Part shown: in pieces, positions 19,883-29,184 of the stretch
How the letters are laid out: each line of letters begins with the position of its first letter
Position numbering within the stretch: position 1 is the first letter of the stretch
From: a virus
Virus record (IMG/VR): IMGVR_UViG_3300008107_007821
Coordinates: 7,461 to 71,460 of that record
Strand: one strand, 5' to 3'
Length of the DNA: 64,000 nucleotides
Made by a program: the position numbers and the translations under genes
The notes under the pieces: model-generated
What the model was told of the DNA's origin: nothing
The model's database searches: none
What the model saw: the letters and a program-made list of their open reading frames with translations, nothing else

Positions 19883-20686
19883 TTATTCAATGCCAGACCA
19901 CCTCTCAATGGGACCTTGATTTCTTCCTACCAATGGAAGACCTGCCTCAACTCTTCTATCTCTAAATCTTGAAGATGGAATGCTTGCCTTAGAGGTTCCT
20001 GATATTGGAACATTATTTGGTTTTGGATCTTTTCCTGGTCCAACTACAGTGCCAGTTCCATTATCATCAGTTCCAAATGGATCTGTTACTCTCTTAAAAT
20101 TATAAACATCATAATTAAATGTAACAGTGGTTCTTAATACATTAGATCCTTCATAAGAAACTGGAACAGATATTAAATTAATTGGGTATGCATTTCTCAA
20201 TGTATATTCAACATAAGTTTTTGGGGGACCATAAACTCCATCCTTAACAAGTTTATTTGCATCATCTCTAAACAATCTTTCAAATTTAGTAATAATCATA
20301 TCTACCTCATAGGTCTCAGGATAATTAAATTTAACATATGAGGTTCTAGAATCTCCAATGTTTGGAGAAATTGCTGCCATCCAATCTTCAAAGTACCTAA
20401 GAACATCATAATTACTATCAATATAAAAACTTACATCCACTGCAGGATAAACTCTTCTTGTTGGATATTGTTCTATTCTTCCCTGTCTATCTCCATAAAC
20501 TTGTGCTAACTCATAGGAATTGCCAGGAAGCACTGCATCATATGCTAAAAAATTTATTTGCTCACTATTAACTACACCATAAGTTTCAGGAATATAAACA
20601 TCAAAAACATTAGATAATGAAGGATTAAACTTTTTAATTAATTCTTCAGTGCTAAACCATAAATTTTTATAGTTATTTCTTGACAT
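19883..20686 (-). CDS. Tail tube-family protein (gp54/gp19-like tube initiator)
   Basis: LPG...R.Y..VDVSFYID..Y.VLRYFEDWM...Y.L.NAYP..L.SVP.SY...V.F.Y tube-fold motifs. Confidence 0.65.
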   Translation of the reverse strand: MSRNNYKNLWFSTEELIKKFNPSLSNVFDVYIPETYGVVNSEQINFLAYDAVLPGNSYELAQVYGDRQGRIEQYPTRRVYPAVDVSFYIDSNYDVLRYFEDWMAAISPNIGDSRTSYVKFNYPETYEVDMIITKFERLFRDDANKLVKDGVYGPPKTYVEYTLRNAYPINLISVPVSYEGSNVLRTTVTFNYDVYNFKRVTDPFGTDDNGTGTVVGPGKDPKPNNVPISGTSKASIPSSRFRDRRVEAGLPLVGRNQGPIERWSGIE

Positions 20687-20717
20687 CTAAATAATTTGAA
20701 GTGCTTATATTATATGT

Positions 20718-21152
20718 ATGAGTTATAAGGGAATATTCAAACCTTCATATCCTGAAAAATATATTGGTGATTATAGAAATATAATTTATAGATCATTGTG
20801 GGAATTGAAGTTTATGAACTACTGTGATAGGAATGAAAATATAATTAAATGGTCTAGTGAAGAAATTTGGATTCCATACTTGTCTCCATTAGACAAAAGA
20901 GTTCATAGATACTTCCCAGATTTTTATATCAAATATAAAAACTCTGATGGATTGATTAAAGAAAGTCTAATAGAGATTAAACCAAAGAGGCAAGTGCAAG
21001 GTCCAAAGGTTGGAAAAAGAGTTACAAAAAAACAACTAGTTGAAATAAATGAGTTTGCAAAAAATCAAGCTAAGTGGAAGGCAGCAGAAGAATTTTGTGC
21101 TGATAGAAGATGGACTTTCCAAGTTCTAACGGAGGATAATCTTGGCATATAA
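20718..21152 (+). CDS. gp4: Head completion nuclease gp4
   Basis: YKG.FKP..PEKY.GD...I.YRSLWE..FM.YCD...WSSEE...HRYFPDF...EIKP...NQAKWKAA. Confidence 0.92.
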   Translation: MSYKGIFKPSYPEKYIGDYRNIIYRSLWELKFMNYCDRNENIIKWSSEEIWIPYLSPLDKRVHRYFPDFYIKYKNSDGLIKESLIEIKPKRQVQGPKVGKRVTKKQLVEINEFAKNQAKWKAAEEFCADRRWTFQVLTEDNLGI

Positions 21153-21681
21153 AACTATCTTCGAGTCAATCAAAGAAAAGACTGGTGGAAGAACTCAATC
21201 TAGAGAATGGTATAGAGAACAAGTATTAGGAAGAAGTCCAGAAGACATTATAACAGAAGAGAGATCTGATGAAATTGGTGATGTTCTTGAACGTGATTTC
21301 AATAGAACCACATCATTTCCTTTACTGTTCAACTTAATGTTTTATAAGTATAAAGCAAAGACCAGAAGAGATCTTCCATTCTATGACAAGTATCCTCTAG
21401 CATTTGTTTTAGAGATGGATGCAAGGTCTTTCTTTGCTGTGAACCTACACTACTATTCTCCAGAAGAAAGGATGGGAATTGTTTCAAGTTTGGCAGAAGA
21501 TAAAATACCAAAGTTTCGTAAGGGAGCACATAAATACTTATTATCAGAGGTAAGAAGTCCTTACTTAATTTTAGCACAACAAGAATGGCAAACCATGTGT
21601 CTATTACCTGTAGAGGAATTTGTAAGGGACTTGGGTGGGGTAGAAATACCAATTCCATCAAACAAAGTGTGGGGTAGATAA
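21142..21681 (+). CDS. gp2: DNA end protector protein gp2
   Basis: WYR...FYKYKAKT...LPFYDKYPL...NLHY...HKYL...LPVE.F; track start is a TTG/CTG-type codon. Confidence 0.8.
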   Translation: MAYKTIFESIKEKTGGRTQSREWYREQVLGRSPEDIITEERSDEIGDVLERDFNRTTSFPLLFNLMFYKYKAKTRRDLPFYDKYPLAFVLEMDARSFFAVNLHYYSPEERMGIVSSLAEDKIPKFRKGAHKYLLSEVRSPYLILAQQEWQTMCLLPVEEFVRDLGGVEIPIPSNKVWGR

Positions 21682-21683
21682 CA

Positions 21684-23285
21684 ATGCCAAATCAAATACC
21701 ATCAGGATGGGCAGGTGATCCTACTTTACAAACCTTAATGGGAACACCAAACAATGAAGTTCCTATCAAATCAGTTGTAACTATACCAAACAATCCACAA
21801 AAATATGCTGTGGTAACTGATTCTAGAGGTGGATATAAAGTTTATCAAGGTGGAACTGGATTTGATCAGACCATAGATTCATTTGGAACTACATTAATCC
21901 TTAGTGCAGACCCTAATGGCACTATAACTAATGGTCCTGGATGGAACAATCAAAATATAAAAAACAATCTTGGAGGAAATGCTGGTCTAGGACAACTAAA
22001 AAATGTTGCACAAAAGCAAGTATCTCAAACATTTTCTACGTACCTTACATCAGAAGAAAGAAATAATTTAAAAAATGCTAATTTAAAATCTTCTATAGAA
22101 AATTCTCAATCAGCACCACCAAGCAGAGATTCTAATGGTGATCAAAGGTCAGATGAAAATTCTGCAAGCAGTGGACCTCAACCTCCACAAAATCCAGAAT
22201 TCAAAGGAATAGAAGCTTTAAATCCTGAATCATTTGAAGAGGATAAATTTAGATCCTATAAGTATCCATTAACAATTAATCCTAGTCAAGATAGAATTTT
22301 AATACAACAACTTAAATATGTAAGAAGTGGAGTAATACAAAATGAATCTGATTTGGTAGACAGGGGAGGAAACACTAAATTAAAGCAACTTGGCAGCGTT
22401 ACATTACCAATCCCAAATGATATATCAGAATCTAATAGTGTTGGATGGGGAGAGGATGGATTGTCTAACATTGCTGCTGTAGCAATGGGACCATTAACAG
22501 GGATGGTGGCAGGTATAGCAGAAAAAGATCTTGGGCAAATACCTAATGGAGTATCTAAACTTTTAGAAGTTTTTAATAGTAAATCAGTAGGAACTAGAGC
22601 AAAACAATTTTTAACAACTAGAGCAGCTGCTTCTATAGTTGGTAAAATAGGTATCCAAATAAATCCAGAAGCATACATTACTAGAGTAACTGGTGCTGCA
22701 ATTAATCCAAACTTAGAACTTCTTTTCAATGGACCCAAGTTAAGGCAATTTGGATTCCAGTTTAAAATGACTGCAAGGAGTCAAGCAGAAGCAGCAGAAA
22801 TAAGAAGAATTTTAAAGTTCTTTAAGAAGGGTATGGCACCTAAGAGATCTACTCTAGAAGAGTCTGCATTCTTCTTAGGCACCCCAAATGTTTTTAAAGT
22901 TCATTTTAAATCTGGAGAAAATGAATTAAAGAGTATAGGAAAGTTTAAAACCTGTGCCCTAACAGCATTTAGTACAAATTATACTCCTGATGGATTCTAT
23001 GCTGCATTTAATGATGCTGCTGCAAATGGATCACAACCAATAGCAGTTACTATGCAATTAGCATTTACTGAATTGACTCCAGTATTTAATGATGAGTATG
23101 ATAATGATCCAGAGTCTGATGATGTTGGTCCAAATAACTTTACTTATGAATCACCTTTAAAAATAGATAATAAAAATAACTCTTCAGGGGACAACACAAA
23201 TACTGAAAATGATACAAGAAGTAGTAGTTCTCCTGGAGCAATAGATTCAACCAGTACAAACAGAGCAAGACCCACAGGAAGATAA
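21684..23285 (+). CDS. gp48: Baseplate tail tube cap gp48
   Basis: LPIPNDI.ESN.VGW...INPNLELLFNGPKLRQF.FQFK...FFKKGMAP...FK.CALT...NYTPDG...F.ELTP. Confidence 0.88.
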   Translation: MPNQIPSGWAGDPTLQTLMGTPNNEVPIKSVVTIPNNPQKYAVVTDSRGGYKVYQGGTGFDQTIDSFGTTLILSADPNGTITNGPGWNNQNIKNNLGGNAGLGQLKNVAQKQVSQTFSTYLTSEERNNLKNANLKSSIENSQSAPPSRDSNGDQRSDENSASSGPQPPQNPEFKGIEALNPESFEEDKFRSYKYPLTINPSQDRILIQQLKYVRSGVIQNESDLVDRGGNTKLKQLGSVTLPIPNDISESNSVGWGEDGLSNIAAVAMGPLTGMVAGIAEKDLGQIPNGVSKLLEVFNSKSVGTRAKQFLTTRAAASIVGKIGIQINPEAYITRVTGAAINPNLELLFNGPKLRQFGFQFKMTARSQAEAAEIRRILKFFKKGMAPKRSTLEESAFFLGTPNVFKVHFKSGENELKSIGKFKTCALTAFSTNYTPDGFYAAFNDAAANGSQPIAVTMQLAFTELTPVFNDEYDNDPESDDVGPNNFTYESPLKIDNKNNSSGDNTNTENDTRSSSSPGAIDSTSTNRARPTGR

Positions 23286-23950
23286 TGACTTATTTCAGAG
23301 AAGTATCAGACTTACTTTATCAGTCTCAATTACCAAATAGAAACTCTTCATATGACTTTGTAAAAGTCAAGAATCTTTTTCGTAGAGCAAAGATTCGTGA
23401 GGACTTCTTCCAAAGTTTAACTGTATTTACAAAGTATAAAATTATTGGAGAAGAACGACCAGAGCAAGTAGCAGAGAAAGTCTATGGAAGTTCAGAATTT
23501 GATTGGGTTGTTTTAATATCAAACAACATTATTAATGTAAGAACAGAATGGCCAATGTCTGAATATGATTTCAATCAATACCTATTCAGAAAATATACTC
23601 AAGAAGAGTTATATGAAGCACATCATTGGGAAACCACAGCGTTGTTTGATACAAGTGGAAAATTAATTGTTCCTGCAGGTAAAATAGTAGATGAAGATTT
23701 CTCTGTTCAATATTATGATGCACAGGATTCAATCAATTTAATTACAGAGTATCCAGTAAAGCAAGTAACTAACTTTGAATATGAAACTTCAAAGAATGAT
23801 AGTAAGAGAAACATTTACTTACTAAGACCTAGATTCCTGCAGACTGCTGTTGATGATATGAAGGAAATTATGTCTTATGGATTCTCTTCTCAGTACATAG
23901 ATGAGAAAACAAAAAAGGGTGATAACTTAAGAATTATCACCCAAAGATAA
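23285..23950 (+). CDS. gp53: Baseplate wedge subunit gp53
   Basis: YF....VKNLFRR...ERPEQVA..VYG....DWVVLISNNI......WP...YE...ND.KR.I. Confidence 0.9.
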   Translation: MTYFREVSDLLYQSQLPNRNSSYDFVKVKNLFRRAKIREDFFQSLTVFTKYKIIGEERPEQVAEKVYGSSEFDWVVLISNNIINVRTEWPMSEYDFNQYLFRKYTQEELYEAHHWETTALFDTSGKLIVPAGKIVDEDFSVQYYDAQDSINLITEYPVKQVTNFEYETSKNDSKRNIYLLRPRFLQTAVDDMKEIMSYGFSSQYIDEKTKKGDNLRIITQR

Positions 23951-24871
23951 TCACTCTTCTGCAAGTCTTGCAAAGTAAGAGAGGGTATCATCCTCATCTT
24001 CATCAGAAGATACAGAAGGACTTTGTGAACGAGTCCCACCATACTTTCCCTCAAGAACTTCTTCACTAGAAGGAACAGGACCACGATTATCATCCTCATC
24101 ATCAAAAGATTCATCCTTCTTAGGAGCAGTCTTTTGACCCAGAACTGACTTGAGACGAGCATCAAGTTGTTCATAGGATTTGAAGGTGTTGGGATTTACA
24201 TACTCTTCAAGAGAATATGCTTTCTTCCAGATACCTTCAAGAACATCATCATCAAAATCTCCAAGAGTTCCAGGAGATTCAAATTCAGATTTATCATAGT
24301 TCCAGTAACCATCCTTCTTGGTAATCTTTACCTTGAAGTTAGCACCTTGCCAGAAATCAAAAGGATCAATGGGAGTTTCATCATCAAACTCTGGTTGCAT
24401 TGCTGCAGAAATCTTATCAAAGATTTTCTTACCATACTTGAAGAGGAAGACTTTGCCTTCATTTTCAGGGTGTGCTTTGTCACTCACAACATAGATGTTG
24501 GAGTAGTAAGAAAGTTTGCGCTTCCTTTGACGAACAATCTCTTGATTTGATTTGCTCCCTGTGTTCCACAGTTCTCTGTTTGCTTCACACACTGGGCAGT
24601 TCTGATTGATTGTAGTCAGACAGTTATCAATCAACCACCCACCAGAACCTTGGAAGGCATGAGTATAAACTTTTGCCCAAGGAAGTTCTTCACCTTCTGG
24701 GGCAGGCAGGAAACGAATAACTGCAAAACCATTTCCTGCTTTATCTACTTCAGGTTTCCAGATGCGTTCATCTGAACCACCACCTGAAGTATTCATCTTT
24801 TCAACTTCATTGAGAAGTTTAGATGTAAGTGAACCAAGAGAAGATTTCTTCTTAAGTTCTGAAAAGGACAT
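23951..24871 (-). CDS. gp32: Single-stranded DNA-binding protein gp32
   Basis: DERIWKP.VDK.GNG.AVIRFLPA...HAFQG.GGW.I.NC.TT....CPVCE...YF..LAEE acidic tail. Confidence 0.96.
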   Translation of the reverse strand: MSFSELKKKSSLGSLTSKLLNEVEKMNTSGGGSDERIWKPEVDKAGNGFAVIRFLPAPEGEELPWAKVYTHAFQGSGGWLIDNCLTTINQNCPVCEANRELWNTGSKSNQEIVRQRKRKLSYYSNIYVVSDKAHPENEGKVFLFKYGKKIFDKISAAMQPEFDDETPIDPFDFWQGANFKVKITKKDGYWNYDKSEFESPGTLGDFDDDVLEGIWKKAYSLEEYVNPNTFKSYEQLDARLKSVLGQKTAPKKDESFDDEDDNRGPVPSSEEVLEGKYGGTRSQSPSVSSDEDEDDTLSYFARLAEE

Positions 24872-24908
24872 TCGGATTACCTCGGATTAATTGGATTGAT
24901 TGGATTGC
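24872..24908 (-). promoter_or_regulatory. AATCC-repeat leader of gene 32 (candidate autogenous translational operator)
   Basis: AATCC-AATC-AATCC-aatt-AATCC-GAGGT-AATCC-ga-ATG. Confidence 0.55.
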
Positions 24909-24919
24909 TCCACCTAGAC

Positions 24920-24948
24920 ATCATACCATATGTGGGGTCATGGGTCAA
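24920..24948 (-). promoter_or_regulatory. Sigma70-like promoter of gene 32
   Basis: TTGACC-17 nt-TATGAT. Confidence 0.65.
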
Positions 24949-25270
24949 CCATGACTTTGTTCTTGAGATTTTCTATGGTCATCTTCATGCTTTTGAAAAT
25001 GCTGTTGACATCTGCATTTCCAAACCCAAGCATTCTTGATGAATCCACAATCTGCTTCTTCATTTCAATTGCTTTAGGATCATCAGACAGACTTAATCTA
25101 GTGTAAAGAAGCTGTTGCTTTTCTAAAAGATCAGAAAGAAGTTGCATGTGCTCATACTTTTCTTCCTTTGTCATTGTAGGAAATACAAAAAGTTCTTTTC
25201 CTATTTTCCTTTGTAGACTGTTAATATCGTCCATTTCTTTTTGGACAATTTCTGAATCAAAAAAAGACAT
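24938..25270 (-). CDS. DUF1825-like conserved cyanobacterial/cyanophage protein
   Basis: MSFFDSEIVQ.E...EKQ...Y.RL.LSDDP.A..MK. Confidence 0.75.
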   Translation of the reverse strand: MSFFDSEIVQKEMDDINSLQRKIGKELFVFPTMTKEEKYEHMQLLSDLLEKQQLLYTRLSLSDDPKAIEMKKQIVDSSRMLGFGNADVNSIFKSMKMTIENLKNKVMVDP

Positions 25271-25864
25271 TTATTCTCCTCCTACAATGGTCCTCAACAT
25301 ATTCTTATAAATTCCCACATCAATATTTAGAAATGGAGAATACTTTTTAATTTTCAAAGATATGGTTTCCCACACTGGGTCTAAGAGTTTCTTATCAAAC
25401 TCTTTCCCTATTTTAAATATCTTATCATAGACCACCAAAGTTTCTATAGAAATATTTCCCTTCAAAAAATTCTTAACCACTGGTGGATGTTGCTTTGAAC
25501 AATCAAATAGTTCATTCAGGTTGTATTCAGAAAACATCTGTTCTGATTGTTCCTTCACCAAATATGCTAAACTTTGCTGTCGTTTTTTCCAAGATACAAA
25601 AGTAGACTCACCTGTTCTGATGATTTCTCCAATCCACAATCTACCTGGATCATCTACCTCAACAAAGTTTGCAATAAAAAAGTTTTTTATATCCTCATCA
25701 CTCTTTTGCCTGGATAGTTTCTCATACCAATACCTATCCTTACGTTTATTGAAAGACTCTATTGATGCTCTAGTTTTACCTGCATATTTAATGTAATCAT
25801 AATTTGGTTTACTAAAATGATTTTTAAGTGCTAGGTAAGTTCTATAAGCATCAAAAGGAGTCAT
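25271..25864 (-). CDS. gp59: Helicase loader gp59
   Basis: Y..YLALKNHF....YDY.KY.GK......SF.KRKDRY...ISIET. Confidence 0.88.
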   Translation of the reverse strand: MTPFDAYRTYLALKNHFSKPNYDYIKYAGKTRASIESFNKRKDRYWYEKLSRQKSDEDIKNFFIANFVEVDDPGRLWIGEIIRTGESTFVSWKKRQQSLAYLVKEQSEQMFSEYNLNELFDCSKQHPPVVKNFLKGNISIETLVVYDKIFKIGKEFDKKLLDPVWETISLKIKKYSPFLNIDVGIYKNMLRTIVGGE

Positions 25865-26118
25865 ATCAAAAGTTTAGCTCTAGATGTACGTTTCAAGAAG
25901 TTCAAATTAATAGCATCACATTTAAGTTTTTCCTTAAGTGGTTTACTAATCAATTTAGATACAGAATCAACTTCAATGTTATTCTGTTCACAATAAAATA
26001 CTATTGCATCAATATAATTCATATCACTATTAACTTTTACCAAGTCTTCAATGATAGTAGAAAATTTTGACTGACATAAAAACTTTGTTTCCAGTGCTTT
26101 TTCTAATTTATTTTCCAT
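25861..26118 (-). CDS. gp33: Late transcription coactivator gp33
   Basis: YIDAIV.YCE.NNIE...V.KLISKPLKEKLK..A..LNFL. Confidence 0.9.
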   Translation of the reverse strand: MENKLEKALETKFLCQSKFSTIIEDLVKVNSDMNYIDAIVFYCEQNNIEVDSVSKLISKPLKEKLKCDAINLNFLKRTSRAKLLI

Positions 26119-26788
26119 ATTCTTTTAGTTTAGAGTTTATAAAATCTTTAATATAAGATGATAAAAGTTTGATGTATTTTGCTTTATCATATTGTTCATA
26201 TACAACACAATCTCCATCTTCACACGCCATTAGAATAACAAGTTTCTTAACTGGAATGTTAGTTAGTTCATAGAACATACAAGCATAAGCTGCTGCTTGG
26301 ACAAAGTAATGTTCAATCCATTCTACAGGTTTTGCTTGCTTTGATGTTTTAAAATCAATAACAGAAAGTTCTCCATTGTATTCTGCAATACAATCAACTG
26401 TTCCAGCAATTCCTAATACTGAACTGTATAATGAACTTTCTAATGCATAGATATTATTTATCTTATTTAATTCTGGTTTAATAATTCTAAATAAGTGTTT
26501 TGAAATGGCAGAAGATTCTGGAAGTTCAGTAACATTGCAAAGATGATTTTCAACTAGACTATGCAAATCAGTTCCTCTACTAGTTGCTTGTTTATTAATT
26601 CTATTAGCAACTTCCTCTCCTACCTTTTTCCTCCAGTCTTCAAAAATATGTCTATTGTGATGACTAGTTACTGATGTAATTGATACAAACTTTTGTACTT
26701 CATCTTTATTTGGTACTTTATAGTATCTAACTCCATCAATAGTCTCCCTCTCAAGTTGAGGGAGACTTACATGACAATGATTATACAT
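26108..26788 (-). CDS. PD-(D/E)XK exonuclease
   Basis: SITSV...RGT..H...E...AGTVDCIAEY.G.LSVIDFKTS...YF.Q..AY. Confidence 0.85.
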   Translation of the reverse strand: MYNHCHVSLPQLERETIDGVRYYKVPNKDEVQKFVSITSVTSHHNRHIFEDWRKKVGEEVANRINKQATSRGTDLHSLVENHLCNVTELPESSAISKHLFRIIKPELNKINNIYALESSLYSSVLGIAGTVDCIAEYNGELSVIDFKTSKQAKPVEWIEHYFVQAAAYACMFYELTNIPVKKLVILMACEDGDCVVYEQYDKAKYIKLLSSYIKDFINSKLKEYGK

Positions 26789-27546
26789 TAAAATCCAGCA
26801 GCAATTTTATTTACAATGTAAGACTTAACAAGACCAGATCTTACAATATCATCTACACCAAACTCAATAGACTCAAACTCTGGCATTCTTTGAATGATTT
26901 TCATAAAATCTAAAATGCCATTCTTTTCGTTTGTTTTGGTAAGATCAGTTTGGGTAGCATCACCACAGAACATAATTCTTGAATTATCACCAACCCTAGT
27001 AATTATACTATCAAGTTCATGGAAGTTCAAGTTTTGTGCTTCATCAACAATGATAATTGAATTATCTAAAGTAGTACCTCTGATAAAAGATGTACTCCAA
27101 AAAGTAACAGTTTCCTGAGTCTTTAGATTTCCATAAAGCATTTCAAAGGAAGCATCATCAGGCATTTCGAACATGTACTTAACCATGTTCTTATATGGAA
27201 TCTGATACAGTGAAGACTTATCTTCATGGTCCCCAGGAAGGAAACCAATTTCTCTGGTAGCAACAAGTGATCTTACAATCACAATCTTTTGATAAGGTGT
27301 AATCTCACTCAGAACATCTTTAAGTGCTAGGTAAAGAGCACAGAATGTTTTACCAGTTCCAGCACAACCATAAACAAATAAATGTTTGTCTGAATTGTAA
27401 GATTCAAAAAGTTTCTTTTGGTTCTCTGTTACTGGTGATATATCACAAAGTAAATCACTACTAATAGGTTTCCTTCTCTTCATCTGCTTTGCAGTCATAC
27501 CAATTCCAATTGGTTGCAAATCATTGTTCCTTCTTTTTCTTGCCAT
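26788..27546 (-). CDS. phoH: PhoH-family ATPase
   Basis: GCAGTGKT Walker A, IGFLPG, RGTT, IVDEAQN, GD..Q.DL, DIVRSGLV. Confidence 0.95.
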   Translation of the reverse strand: MARKRRNNDLQPIGIGMTAKQMKRRKPISSDLLCDISPVTENQKKLFESYNSDKHLFVYGCAGTGKTFCALYLALKDVLSEITPYQKIVIVRSLVATREIGFLPGDHEDKSSLYQIPYKNMVKYMFEMPDDASFEMLYGNLKTQETVTFWSTSFIRGTTLDNSIIIVDEAQNLNFHELDSIITRVGDNSRIMFCGDATQTDLTKTNEKNGILDFMKIIQRMPEFESIEFGVDDIVRSGLVKSYIVNKIAAGF

Positions 27547-27788
27547 TAGATTTTCTTTACACGTGAACCTGGAGCTTTGCTTGCCTTTGCAAGTACGTCA
27601 TTCCATCCTGGATTTTTGCTGATTAGTTTGTTTCTCCAATCACCTGTTTCTCCAGGACTTGCACAACCTTCTGACCAATCCCTTTTCCATTCAGGATTGT
27701 CTGCATACCATTGTTGAATGTCGTGGACACTCATTTCAACCTCTTTCTTTTCCCCAGTTTCTACATGGATAACGGGATAAATTGCCAT
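27546..27788 (-). CDS. Conserved cyanophage hypothetical protein
   Basis: 80 aa, YPV...TGE.KE...W...NP.W...GWNDVL..A.K.PGS; stop overlaps the phoH start. Confidence 0.75.
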   Translation of the reverse strand: MAIYPVIHVETGEKKEVEMSVHDIQQWYADNPEWKRDWSEGCASPGETGDWRNKLISKNPGWNDVLAKASKAPGSRVKKI

Positions 27789-27813
27789 AAGTTATGAATT
27801 CAAGATAAATTAT

Positions 27814-28446
27814 TTAGATCCATTCTAGTGCTTCTGCTACTGATGGGAACTGCTCTTTAAAGATTTCTTTGCAAGCAAGTGCAATATCCATATGCTCTTT
27901 TTGAGTTCCATTTGCAGAACGAAGATTAATATAATGAATCCATGACCTGCATGAGCCAGTCATATAGATTCTAGTTGGAGTTGCCAAAGGAAGCACAAAC
28001 CTTGCACACTCCTTCGCTACACCATGAGAAAGAAGACGTTTGTAGAGACTATTAGCAGAAGCAAAATGCTGTTGAATCTCTGCCTGCAACTTCAGTTTCA
28101 AATAACCTTCAAGGTCATCAGTAGAATTCTGACGATTCTTTGTATCCTGACGACGAAGTTCTGGAACAGGAATATATTCTGTTAGAAGATTTGTGTCTGC
28201 ATACCTTTGTGAAAATTCCTGATATGTGAAGGACCTATGACGCAAAATCTGAGCTGCTATGCCACGATTAGTTTCAATCTCAAGGGTCATAGTAGCCTGT
28301 TCAAAAACAGACCAATGATTATGCTTAATACAATAAGCAAGCAACTTGGCATAGTTTTCATTGTCTTGATTCGCAGGATTGCTAACTCTAGCAATGTATG
28401 CCATTGTTTTTTCTGCATCTGGCGTGATTGAAATTAGTTTAATCAT
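27814..28446 (-). CDS. thyX: Flavin-dependent thymidylate synthase
   Basis: HWSVFE, QILRHRSF..QEFSQRY, E.AR.VLP, TQKEH. Confidence 0.96.
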   Translation of the reverse strand: MIKLISITPDAEKTMAYIARVSNPANQDNENYAKLLAYCIKHNHWSVFEQATMTLEIETNRGIAAQILRHRSFTYQEFSQRYADTNLLTEYIPVPELRRQDTKNRQNSTDDLEGYLKLKLQAEIQQHFASANSLYKRLLSHGVAKECARFVLPLATPTRIYMTGSCRSWIHYINLRSANGTQKEHMDIALACKEIFKEQFPSVAEALEWI

Positions 28447-28604
28447 TTTCCAAACCCTCTGTAGTCCATTCTTTTAGCAAGTTTTACCTGTTCTTCTATG
28501 ACCTTTAACTGTGACCTCATGTACTCCAACTCTTCTTCTGAGTAAAGATTAGGTTTTTGTTCTACTGCTTCTTTGAGCAGTCTCATTATTTTATTAACCC
28601 TCAT
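28443..28604 (-). CDS. Small hypothetical protein
   Basis: MRVNKIMRLLKEAV...LYS.EEL.YMR.QL...KGFG-like tail; ATG at 28604 preferred over the track start. Confidence 0.65.
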   Translation of the reverse strand: MRVNKIMRLLKEAVEQKPNLYSEEELEYMRSQLKVIEEQVKLAKRMDYRGFGK

Positions 28605-28758
28605 CTGAGTACACTTCATCATAGTCACTAGACATATATGAAGAAAGGTAGTCTTCATACTTCATAGATTCTACCTTTGGTTCTGAAATTTCTTCCTTCA
28701 AACACCTAACAAGACATTCCATATTGTTGACAATAAGTTTAATTTTTTCTACATCCAT
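28594..28758 (-). CDS. Small acidic hypothetical protein (54 aa; not in track)
   Basis: MDVEKIKLIVNNMECLVRCLKEEI...DYDEVYSDEG*. Confidence 0.6.
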   Translation of the reverse strand: MDVEKIKLIVNNMECLVRCLKEEISEPKVESMKYEDYLSSYMSSDYDEVYSDEG

Positions 28759-28779
28759 AAATTGAATAGTGTTTTTCTA

Positions 28780-28819
28780 ATTGTACATAAAAAAAGAGGG
28801 GAAGTCAAGTTCCCCTCTT
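28780..28819 (-). terminator. Rho-independent terminator overlapping a sigma70-like promoter
   Basis: AAGAGGGGAA/TTCCCCTCTT stem plus T-run; TTGACT in the loop, 17 nt, TACAAT. Confidence 0.75.
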
Positions 28820-28824
28820 AAGTA

Positions 28825-28926
28825 TCAACCAATCTGTGGTTGCTTTGCCATATTAATTTGTGCAAGTTTAAGAAGTTTTTCCCTCTTTGCCTTATTCTTA
28901 AGGTACTTTACAAAATAAGTATTCAC
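28825..28926 (-). CDS. 33-aa basic peptide translationally coupled to the DUF4278 gene
   Basis: AAGGAGG RBS, GTG start overlapping the upstream TGA; MNTYFVKYLKNKAKREKLLKLAQINMAKQPQIG*. Confidence 0.6.
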   Translation of the reverse strand: MNTYFVKYLKNKAKREKLLKLAQINMAKQPQIG

Positions 28927-29060
28927 TTGTGCCCCTCCTTTACAAACTTAACCCCACGATAGGTTTCATTGAATTGTTGAGGTTGTTGCATCATTTGTTG
29001 CTGATACTCAAGACGCTTTTGAGTATCATATTCAACGCCACGATAGACTACTTTGGACAT
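28923..29060 (-). CDS. DUF4278-family small protein (45 aa; not in track)
   Basis: MSKVVYRGVEYDT...NETYRGVKFVK, two YRGV motifs; AAGGAG RBS. Confidence 0.8.
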   Translation of the reverse strand: MSKVVYRGVEYDTQKRLEYQQQMMQQPQQFNETYRGVKFVKEGHK

Positions 29061-29089
29061 AGGTTTGCTCCTTTACTAAAAGTAAATTT

Positions 29090-29143
29090 GCGTTCCTTCG
29101 GTATTCCTACTTCCGTTCTCTATTTGCAAATAGAGAATGAACG
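29090..29143 (-). ncRNA. Glutamine riboswitch (glnA RNA motif)
   Basis: CGTTCA-TTCTCTATTTGCAAATAGAGAA-CGGAAGTAGG-AATA-CCGAAGGAACGC: P1 CGTTC/GAACG, hairpin P2, E-loop P3; upstream of a DUF4278 gene. Confidence 0.88.
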
Positions 29144-29167
29144 TGTTTTATCTATAAGAATAATTTT

Positions 29168-29181
29168 GTAACTTTTGTTAC
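29168..29181. promoter_or_regulatory. NtcA-binding site candidate
   Basis: t-GTA-ACAAAAGT-TAC-a (GTA-N8-TAC) ~25 nt upstream of the riboswitch. Confidence 0.65.
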
Positions 29182-29184
29182 AGT

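Noticed and set aside
26108-26788. Cas4-like nuclease as a sign of a CRISPR system
   Set aside because: It is an ordinary T4-like PD-(D/E)XK exonuclease in its usual phoH-gp33 context.
28929-29171. 80-aa + strand track ORF
   Set aside because: It is antisense to the riboswitch and DUF4278 gene, which explain the region better.
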